Translations under genes and position numbers: made by a program
The notes under the pieces: model-generated
Told to the model about the DNA's origin: nothing
What the model saw: the letters and a program-made list of their open reading frames with translations, nothing else
Databases searched by the model: none
From: Burkholderiales bacterium
Lineage (GTDB): Bacteria; Pseudomonadota; Gammaproteobacteria; Burkholderiales; SG8-39
Length of the DNA: 60,707 bases
Reading direction: 5' to 3'
Assembly (NCBI GenBank): GCA_041904885.1
Contig: JAYRND010000065.1
Span: 1 to 60,707, forward strand
In this document: in pieces, positions 51,603 through 59,073 of the stretch
Layout of the letters: every line of letters begins with the position of its first letter
How positions within the stretch are numbered: the stretch's first letter is position 1

Positions 51603-53975
51603 TCACTTGATGCAGACCGAACGGACTTCCTTGATGCTAGTGACCCCCGACAGGCACTTTTCCATGCCGTCCTGCTTCAGTGTGCGCATGCCGCTCTCGA
51701 GCGCCACCGCCAGCATCTCGGCCACCCGCGCCTTCTCGGCAATCAGCTTCTTCAGGGGGTCGGTCGCGATCAAAAGCTCGTGCAGGCCGCAGCGGCCTTT
51801 GTAGCCGCTGCCGTTGCATTTGTCGCAGCCAACGGCCTTGTAAAAGGTCAGCTGTCCCTTCTCGTTACCGTAGGCCTTCACCCAGTCGCGATACACGCCC
51901 TCCATCGCCGATTTGGGGTCCTTCTTGAATGTCGACGTGTTCTGCAGCTCCTCGCAATACTCCTGGAGGAACGCCTTGATCTCCGGGCCTTCCGGGTTGT
52001 AGGGCTGCTTGCAGCTGCACATGCGACGCGCAAGGCGCTGCGCGAGGATGCCGAGCAGGGCGTCCGAGAAGTTGAACGGGTCCATCCCCATGTCGAGCAG
52101 CCGGATGATCGATTCCGGCGCCGAGTTGGTGTGCAGCGTCGCAAAGACCAGGTGGCCTGTAAGTGAAGCCTCGATGCCTGTGCCGGTCGTCTCCTTGTCG
52201 CGCATCTCCCCGACCATGATGATGTCCGGATCCGCGCGCAGGAACGCCTTCATGACCGCCGCAAAATCCAGCCCGGCCTTCTTGTTCACCTGCACCTGGC
52301 GCAGGCCCTTCTGTGTGATCTCGACCGGGTCCTCGGCGGTCCAGATCTTGGTGTCAGGCGTGTTCAGGTGCTTTAGCACCGAATGCAGCGTGGTGGTCTT
52401 GCCCGATCCGGTCGGGCCGCACACGAAGAACAGGCCGTAAGGCTTGGAAACCGCCTTGGTCAGCTCCTCGAGGTTGTAGGCCGAGAAGCCCATCTTCTCG
52501 AGCGGGATCGGCTCGCCCGCGGCAAGAATCCGCATGACGACGTCCTCCACGCCACCCGCGGTCGGGATGGTCGCGACGCGCAGCTCGATGTCGAGGGGGC
52601 CGAACTTCTTGAACTTGATCTTGCCGTCCTGGGGCTTTCTCTTCTCCGAGATGTCCAGGTCGCACATGATCTTGAGGCGCGCCGCAAGCGCTGCTCGGTA
52701 GCTGGCAGGAACCTCGATATAAGGCTGCAGGTTGCCGTCGCGCCGGAAGCGGATCTCGGTCTTCGCCTTGCCCGGGTAGGGCTCGATGTGAATGTCCGAC
52801 ACGCCCTGGTTGTAGGCGTCGATGATGATCTTGTTGACCAGCTTCACCAGCTCGTTGTCAGCGGCGGCCGACACATCGTCGGCATCGCTGGACTCGCCGG
52901 ACTCGCCCATATCGTCGGTGCCGAGGTCGGCCAGCATGTCGCCGATGTCGCCGGAATCGACCGCCTCGCCGCCGTAGAACTGGTTGACCGTTTCCTTGAA
53001 TTCCTTCTGCGTAGTGACCTTGTAGATCAGCTTGGACTTCGGAAACACGTTCGACGCAATCCGCGAACTGCGAATCCGCTCCGGATCCAGGCACAGGACA
53101 GAGAGTCCCTCCTTTGCCTCGTCGATCGGCAGCCACTGGTTGGCCTCGACGTATTCCCGCTTGAGGTTCTTCAACAGGTCCATCGGCTTGATGCGGTCGG
53201 CCTTGAAGGGCTCGTATGGCGTGCCGAAGAACTTCGCGAGCGCCGCGCCGATCGCGGGAACCTTCACCTGGAACTCGTCCACGAGCACCATCTCGATGTC
53301 GATGGCCTTCTTGCGCGCCTGACGCGAGGCGAGCTCGAACTCCCCGGCCGACAGCACTGCGTCGGCGATCAGGTAGTCGTACTTCGTCTTGACCAGCTGC
53401 GGCTTCTGGCGCTGCTTGAAGGCGATCGCGAGCGTCTGCGCCAGCTCCGTCACGCCTTCCTCGGCCAGCGCGCCGAACGGCACGCCCGCCTTGTTGTTGA
53501 TGATCTGGATGACGCCGATTAGCTCAGCGCCGCCCTGCTCCACGATCGGCGCGACCAGCTGCTGCTTGGTCCGGTAGCCGGTGCGCTTGTCCACCTCCTG
53601 CAGGAACCGCAGGCTCGGATTGAGCGCCTTCAGCTCGGAGTCGTCGTAGACGTCCTTGATATTCGCAAGCTTTCGCGCCATCGCGACGTAGCCGGCGATC
53701 GAATGCTCAGCGATCGGCAGCTTGAGGTCCTTGAACGAGTTGAGGCCCGTTTTCACCTTGGAGACGATCGACTGCTTATCCTCCCCCAGCGAGTAGATCG
53801 TCAGCCGGTCGGCGTTGAACAGCTGGCAGATGTCCGCGCTGACATCGAGGATGATCTCGTCAATGTTGCTGGTTGCGTGAATCTTGTTCGTGACCAGCTG
53901 CAGCTGCTTCTGGAAAGCGAGCCGGAGGTTTACGTCCGTGCCTGTCGCCGAAGGATGGCTGAGTACCGCGCTCAT
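51603..53975 (-). CDS. GspE/PilB-family secretion/pilus ATPase with N-terminal GAF-like domain
   Basis: 790 aa. GAF-like N-terminus (NIDEIILDVSADICQLFNADRLTIY...LVAPIV...LIGVIQIINN). Walker A GPTGSGKTTT, Asp box, Walker B IIMVGEMRD, His box ATLHTNSA and a tetracysteine motif (CSCK...CDKCNGSGYKGR). Confidence 0.9.
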   Translation of the reverse strand: MSAVLSHPSATGTDVNLRLAFQKQLQLVTNKIHATSNIDEIILDVSADICQLFNADRLTIYSLGEDKQSIVSKVKTGLNSFKDLKLPIAEHSIAGYVAMARKLANIKDVYDDSELKALNPSLRFLQEVDKRTGYRTKQQLVAPIVEQGGAELIGVIQIINNKAGVPFGALAEEGVTELAQTLAIAFKQRQKPQLVKTKYDYLIADAVLSAGEFELASRQARKKAIDIEMVLVDEFQVKVPAIGAALAKFFGTPYEPFKADRIKPMDLLKNLKREYVEANQWLPIDEAKEGLSVLCLDPERIRSSRIASNVFPKSKLIYKVTTQKEFKETVNQFYGGEAVDSGDIGDMLADLGTDDMGESGESSDADDVSAAADNELVKLVNKIIIDAYNQGVSDIHIEPYPGKAKTEIRFRRDGNLQPYIEVPASYRAALAARLKIMCDLDISEKRKPQDGKIKFKKFGPLDIELRVATIPTAGGVEDVVMRILAAGEPIPLEKMGFSAYNLEELTKAVSKPYGLFFVCGPTGSGKTTTLHSVLKHLNTPDTKIWTAEDPVEITQKGLRQVQVNKKAGLDFAAVMKAFLRADPDIIMVGEMRDKETTGTGIEASLTGHLVFATLHTNSAPESIIRLLDMGMDPFNFSDALLGILAQRLARRMCSCKQPYNPEGPEIKAFLQEYCEELQNTSTFKKDPKSAMEGVYRDWVKAYGNEKGQLTFYKAVGCDKCNGSGYKGRCGLHELLIATDPLKKLIAEKARVAEMLAVALESGMRTLKQDGMEKCLSGVTSIKEVRSVCIK

Positions 53976-54097
53976 TCGATTCTCCCGTCCATGCGTAGGC
54001 TATCGCAGCCTCGGGTTGTAGACCATTCTACACCCACCCCCATGATTTTTAACAGGGTTTTACCCATCCGCGCTGCCCGAGAGTCTGCACAATAGCC

Positions 54098-54865
54098 TCA
54101 GAATTCGAACACCTGGCCGTTCTGCAGCATGCGCGGCCGGTGGCGGCCGGCGCCCTCCTCTACCTCCTGCATCGTGAGTTCGATCTCACCGGGCTTGAGG
54201 TGGGTAATCCAGACTTCGGGATCCAGATCCAGCTTGGACAACTCCTCCGCGAGCATCGAAGGACACAGATGCTTGGAAACCTCAGCCAACTCGCGCTCCT
54301 TGTTCGAGAACGCGGTTTCGACGATGAGGAACTTCAGGCCGGGGATCCCGTTGACGATTCTCCAGAGCTCGTCGTTCGGCCCGGTGTCCCCGGAGAAAAC
54401 CAAGCTGCCGGAACCGCTTTGGACGTGGTAGCCCACCGCGGGCACCGTATGGACAGCCGGCAAGGGAGTGAACCCGCGCGAGCCGACGCGTACGCAGCGC
54501 CCGAGTTCGACCTCCTCGAAACGCATGTATGGCGCGTCGGCTGAAGGTATCTCGGTGAAGTCGGGCCAGATCGCCCAGTTGAACAGGTGGTTCCGGAGGA
54601 TCTCGATAGTCGCCGCCGTGCCGTGCACCACGAGCGGCTGGGTGCGCATTCCCCCGACCGTGTCGACCAGGAACGGGATCGAGCCGACATGATCGAGGTG
54701 CGAGTGCGTGACGAAGACATGGTCGATCCGCGCCAGCTCGGCGAGGGAAAGGTCGCCTACGCCGGTCCCCGCGTCGATCAGGATGTCGTTGTCGACCAGG
54801 AAGGAAGTCGTGCGCAGGTGGCGCCCGCCGATCCCGCCGGAGCATCCAAGCACCTGAAGCCGCAT
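54098..54865 (-). CDS. class II 3',5'-cyclic-nucleotide phosphodiesterase (MBL fold)
   Basis: Start trimmed to ATG 54865, with GGGAGGAGG 10 nt upstream. MRLQVLGCSGG...VFVTHSHLDHVGSIPFL is the class II PDE signature HxHLDHxxG. Confidence 0.8.
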   Translation of the reverse strand: MRLQVLGCSGGIGGRHLRTTSFLVDNDILIDAGTGVGDLSLAELARIDHVFVTHSHLDHVGSIPFLVDTVGGMRTQPLVVHGTAATIEILRNHLFNWAIWPDFTEIPSADAPYMRFEEVELGRCVRVGSRGFTPLPAVHTVPAVGYHVQSGSGSLVFSGDTGPNDELWRIVNGIPGLKFLIVETAFSNKERELAEVSKHLCPSMLAEELSKLDLDPEVWITHLKPGEIELTMQEVEEGAGRHRPRMLQNGQVFEF

Positions 54866-54922
54866 CTGAACCGGTCCTCCTCCCGGCGCTTGCAACAAGC
54901 CGGGCCCGCGACCCGCCGGCCG

Positions 54923-55774
54923 TCAGCTCTTGTGGAAGAACTCCATCTTGATGCCGGCGATCTCGACCAGGTCGTGGTCCTTGAGCGCATGCGGCGCGGT
55001 ACCGATCGGCTGCCCGTTGACGGTCGGGCGTTGGGCGCCTTCAACGTGGGTGATGAAATACCCCTGCGGGCGGCGGGTCAGCACCGCCACCTGCACGCCG
55101 GGCTTGCCAAGGGTGGTCAGCGGCTTGGACAGCTCAAGCTCCTTGCCGGCATTGCCCCCCGAAAGCAGCTGGATCGCGCCAAGAGGCTGCGCAGATTTGG
55201 GAGCCGCGGGCGCCGCCGCCGGTGCCGCGGGCGCGGCGGCGGCCACGGAGGGCGCGGCGGCCGCTGCCGCTGCGGCGATCTGCGCGCCTTTGTTGTCCTT
55301 GTCGGCGACGCCTGCTGCCGCCGCGCTGGCGGCGACCTGCTGGACAGCTGCCTGCCGCGCAGCCTGTGCCGCCTGGGCGCCGCCCGCGCCCGCTGCCTTT
55401 GCCTGCTCGGCCGCGGCTTTCATCGCCGAGGGCCGCAGCACCATCGTTTTCTCGAAATCCGCCGCCGCCGCCGCAGGCTGCGCGCCGGCTTCCTGGATGA
55501 ACTTCAGCTTGTACTTGCCAAGCTCGATGACGTCATTGTTCTGCAGGAAGTGCTTCTTGACGGGATTGCCGTTGACCAGGGTGCCGTTGGTGCTGCCCAG
55601 GTCCTCCATGAACGAATCGTTCAGGATCGTGACGATGACCGCGTGCTCGCCGCTTACGGCCAGGTTATCGATCTGGATGTCGTTGTGCGCCTTGCGGCCG
55701 ATAGTAGTCCGCTCCTTGGAGAGCGGAATCTCCTTCAGGACCAGGCCATCCATGCTGAGTATCAGTTTCGCCAT
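54923..55774 (-). CDS. protein with two FHA domains joined by an Ala-rich linker
   Basis: 283 aa. FHA 1 is TIGRKAHNDIQIDNLAVSGEHAVI...STNGTLVNG. FHA 2 is TTLGKPGVQVAVL...THVEGAQRPTVNGQPI. The central ~100 aa are mostly Ala/Gln/Pro. Confidence 0.85.
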   Translation of the reverse strand: MAKLILSMDGLVLKEIPLSKERTTIGRKAHNDIQIDNLAVSGEHAVIVTILNDSFMEDLGSTNGTLVNGNPVKKHFLQNNDVIELGKYKLKFIQEAGAQPAAAAADFEKTMVLRPSAMKAAAEQAKAAGAGGAQAAQAARQAAVQQVAASAAAAGVADKDNKGAQIAAAAAAAAPSVAAAAPAAPAAAPAAPKSAQPLGAIQLLSGGNAGKELELSKPLTTLGKPGVQVAVLTRRPQGYFITHVEGAQRPTVNGQPIGTAPHALKDHDLVEIAGIKMEFFHKS

Positions 55775-55789
55775 AGCTGACCCCTGCCC

Positions 55790-56614
55790 CTATTTTCGCC
55801 AACCGAAAAGTTTACCCATCACACCGCGCGGGGCGGGGTATTCCCGCAGGACGCGCACGAGTATAACCGATACGTTGTCCTTGCCCCCATTGTCATTGGC
55901 CATCTGCACCAGCTGCTGGGCAGCCAGCTTCAGGTTGCCCCCCAGCGCCTGCAGAGTCATCCCCATGTCCTCATCGTCCACCATGTCGCAAAGTCCATCG
56001 GAGCACAGCAAGTAGACGTCCCCTGGCTTGGTGGCGTACTCCTTCACCTCGGGCTCGACCGTAGGGTCGATCCCTAGCGCCTTGGTAACGAGGTTCTTGT
56101 GCTGGGCGTGCTTCGCCTGTTCCGCGGTGATGATGCCGCTGTCAATCTGCTCCTGCAGCAGGGAATGATCGCGCGTGACCTGCGAAAACTTGCCGTCGCG
56201 CAGCATGTACAGCCGCGAGTCGCCGAGGTGGCCCACGGTCATCTTGTTGTCGTAGAACAGGCACACCACCAGCGTAGTGCCCATGCCGGAGTACTGGGGC
56301 TGGCTCTGCGCGGCCTGGTAGATGGAGGTATTCGCCTTCAGCACCTGCTCGCGGATCATCTTGCCCGCCACCGGCGCCCTGGTTTCCTCGTCGATGTCGA
56401 ACGGCTGCACCTTGGCGAGCAGCTGCTGGATCTCCGTGGTGATCACCGTGGTCGCCATCCCGCTCGCGACTTCGCCTGCGTTGTAGCCGCCCATCCCATC
56501 GGCAAGCACCACCAGGCCGTTCGCGGGGTCCGATGCGATCGAGTCCTCGTTGTGCGAACGGACCATGCCCGGGTCGGTGCAGCTAGCGATTTCGAGAACC
56601 TGGCTGTAGTTCAT
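55790..56614 (-). CDS. PP2C-family Ser/Thr protein phosphatase (Stp1-like)
   Basis: 274 aa with PP2C metal-binding motifs: GMVRSHNEDS...LADGMGGYNAGEVAS...LLCSDGLCDMV...NGGKDNVSVILV. Confidence 0.9.
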   Translation of the reverse strand: MNYSQVLEIASCTDPGMVRSHNEDSIASDPANGLVVLADGMGGYNAGEVASGMATTVITTEIQQLLAKVQPFDIDEETRAPVAGKMIREQVLKANTSIYQAAQSQPQYSGMGTTLVVCLFYDNKMTVGHLGDSRLYMLRDGKFSQVTRDHSLLQEQIDSGIITAEQAKHAQHKNLVTKALGIDPTVEPEVKEYATKPGDVYLLCSDGLCDMVDDEDMGMTLQALGGNLKLAAQQLVQMANDNGGKDNVSVILVRVLREYPAPRGVMGKLFGWRK

Positions 56615-56869
56615 CCGATTCCCGGAAAAACAGACTTCGTCATGCGGCGATCCGAACTCCCCGGTTGCATGTGCGTGAAAGGCGGGCCAACAGCGCGAAA
56701 ATTTTACGCTAGCCCTGCCCAGGCAGGCGCTGAGCCCGGACGCGCGCTTCCCCCTAGGAAAACAGCTCCCTGCCCCGCATTTTTGCAGTTAAATATGAGC
56801 TACGTCAAATATTTGGGCGCGCCCGGGCCTCCGGCCTGGCGGTCGGATCACGGCACCCAAACAGGGCGT

Positions 56870-57802
56870 TCAGCCGCCGAGCTGCTGTCCGGCCTTGATG
56901 CTTCCCGCGGCCAGCAGGTCGCCGGCCCCGACCTTCTTGCCGTCGCCCAGCTTCGCCCGCAACACCTCGATGCGGCCGCCCTGGGCGGTCACCTGGAAGG
57001 TCTTCTCGGTCACTTCTACGACTTCGCCGATCTTTCCCTTCACCGCTCCGAACGTGCGCACCGGGTGCTTGCGGCAGTCGAAGATCTGCAGCTTCGCCCC
57101 GGCGAGCGTCGTCCAGGCGCCTGGCGCGGGATTGCAGCTGCGAATCAGGTTGTGCACCACGTCGACGTGATTCGCCCAGTTGATCTTCGCTTCCGCGTCG
57201 CGGAACCAGCCTTCGTAGGTGGCGAGCGATTCATCCTGGACAAGCTCCCGGTGCTTCCCGGCGACCACGAGATCGGCGGCTTCCAGCATGGCCTGCACTC
57301 CCATCGGAAACAGGCGGTCGAAGTAGACCGTGCCGAGCGTGTCTTCCGGGCCGATGGCAGTCTCCTTCTGCAGGATAATGGGCCCCTCGTCCAAGCCGTC
57401 GGTAGGCCGAAAAATGGTGAGCCCGGTCTTCGCGTCGCCGCGCGAGATCGGCCAGTTGATCGAGCTTGGCCCGCGGTACTTCGGAAGCAATGACGGGTGG
57501 TACTGGATCGTGCCGTGCCTGGGGATCGTGACGAAGTCCTGCGGCGCAAACTGCAGCACGAAGGCCATGATGCCGATCTCGACGTCGAGCTCCTTCAGCG
57601 CCTGCTTCGCCTCCGCGCTCTTCAGCGAGGCGAACTGGAAGACCTTGACGCCCTTCTCCTGCGCCGCGACCTTGAGCACGTCCGGCCGGCCGCCGGACTT
57701 TTCCGGCGCGCAAAACACGCCCGCGACCTGGTCGCCGCGACCGAGAAACGCCTCGAGCACCGCCTTGCCGAAATCCTGCTGACCAACGATGGCGATCTTC
57801 AT
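56870..57802 (-). CDS. formyltransferase-fold protein (Fmt / 10-formyl-THF-dependent family, N+C domains)
   Basis: Last 310 aa of track ORF 56870..58459. MKIAIVGQQDFG...RHGTIQYHPSLLPKYRGPSSINW...DEGPIILQ is the SLLP formyltransferase motif. Its ATG shares 1 nt with the frc stop. Confidence 0.82.
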   Translation of the reverse strand: MKIAIVGQQDFGKAVLEAFLGRGDQVAGVFCAPEKSGGRPDVLKVAAQEKGVKVFQFASLKSAEAKQALKELDVEIGIMAFVLQFAPQDFVTIPRHGTIQYHPSLLPKYRGPSSINWPISRGDAKTGLTIFRPTDGLDEGPIILQKETAIGPEDTLGTVYFDRLFPMGVQAMLEAADLVVAGKHRELVQDESLATYEGWFRDAEAKINWANHVDVVHNLIRSCNPAPGAWTTLAGAKLQIFDCRKHPVRTFGAVKGKIGEVVEVTEKTFQVTAQGGRIEVLRAKLGDGKKVGAGDLLAAGSIKAGQQLGG

Positions 57803-59073
57803 CAGGCGGCCTTTTTCGGCGGCAGGCTGAATGCTCCCGCGGACTTCAGGGAACTGATTTTTTCCTTCGAGTAACTCAGGACTTCCTGAAGGACCTCGTC
57901 GGTATGCTCTCCCAGCGTCGGCGAGCGCTTGATCACTGCCGGCGAGGCCGAGAGCTTGATCGGCATGCCGACGTTCCACCACTTTCCGCGCTGCGGATGG
58001 TCGAGCTCGACCCACATTTGCCGCCCGCGCACGTGCTCGTCGGTGGCGAGGTCCTCCGTGCTCATGATCGGGCCGCAGGGCACGTCGAGCGGGTTGAGGA
58101 TCGCCATCAGCTCGCGCTTGGTGTACTTCTCGGCGAACTTGTTGATCAGCGTCCACATCAGCTGCTGGTTCTTGCGCCGCTCGCCGATGGTGGCGAAGCG
58201 CGGGTCGCTGGCGAGATCGGGCACGTGCACGTCCGGGCCGATGCGCTTGGCGAGGTCTTCCCAGACCGCCTCCTGCACGACGATGTACAGCCAGTCGTTG
58301 GCGCCGTGGGGTTTGCAGTGGATGGCGTTGCCGAGCTGGCCGCCGCCCGAGTCGTTGCCGGCGCGCGGCACCTCGCCCATGTCCTTGTAGGTCGGCACCG
58401 AGTACTCGGGCAGGTCGCCGCGCGTGAGGCGCTGGTGGTCGCGGAACTTCACCCGGCACAGATTCATCACGCCGTCCATCATCGCGACCTCGACGTACTG
58501 GCCCTGGCCGGTCTTCTCCGCCTGTCGCAGCGCCGCGAGCAGGCCGATCGCCAGGTGCAGGCCGGTGCCCGAGTCGCCGATCTGCGCGCCGGTCACGTAC
58601 GGCGGGCCGTCGGGAATACCGGTGGTGCTCATCGCGCCGCCCATCGCCTGCGCCACATTCTCATAGGCCTTGAAGTCGGCATAGGGACCGGTCGAGCCGA
58701 AGCCCTTGATCGAGCCCATCACGATCTTCGGGTTGATCTCGTGAATCTTCTCCCAGCTGAAGCCGAAGCGGTCGAGTACACCCGGCCCGAAGTTCTCCAT
58801 GATGATGTCGCACTTCTTGAGCAGGTCGATGAACACCTGCTTGCCTTCCTCCGACTTCATGTTCACGGTGATCGAGCGCTTGTTGCAGTTGAGCATCGTG
58901 AAGTAGAGGCTGTCGGCCTTGGGAACGTCGCGCAGCTGGCCGCGCGTCGCGTCGCCCACGGGGTTCTCGAACTTGATCACATCCGCGCCCATCCACGCGA
59001 GCAACTGGCTGCACGTCGGGCCGGCCTGAACGTGGGTCATGTCCAGGATTCGCACGCCTTTGAGGGCTTCCAT
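57802..59073 (-). CDS. frc: formyl-CoA:oxalate CoA-transferase
   Basis: Last 423 aa of track ORF 57802..59736. [36 protein letters not shown]...GSIKGFG...GDSGTG is a family III CoA-transferase, Frc-like over its full length, and it lies next to oxc. Confidence 0.92.
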   Translation of the reverse strand: MEALKGVRILDMTHVQAGPTCSQLLAWMGADVIKFENPVGDATRGQLRDVPKADSLYFTMLNCNKRSITVNMKSEEGKQVFIDLLKKCDIIMENFGPGVLDRFGFSWEKIHEINPKIVMGSIKGFGSTGPYADFKAYENVAQAMGGAMSTTGIPDGPPYVTGAQIGDSGTGLHLAIGLLAALRQAEKTGQGQYVEVAMMDGVMNLCRVKFRDHQRLTRGDLPEYSVPTYKDMGEVPRAGNDSGGGQLGNAIHCKPHGANDWLYIVVQEAVWEDLAKRIGPDVHVPDLASDPRFATIGERRKNQQLMWTLINKFAEKYTKRELMAILNPLDVPCGPIMSTEDLATDEHVRGRQMWVELDHPQRGKWWNVGMPIKLSASPAVIKRSPTLGEHTDEVLQEVLSYSKEKISSLKSAGAFSLPPKKAA

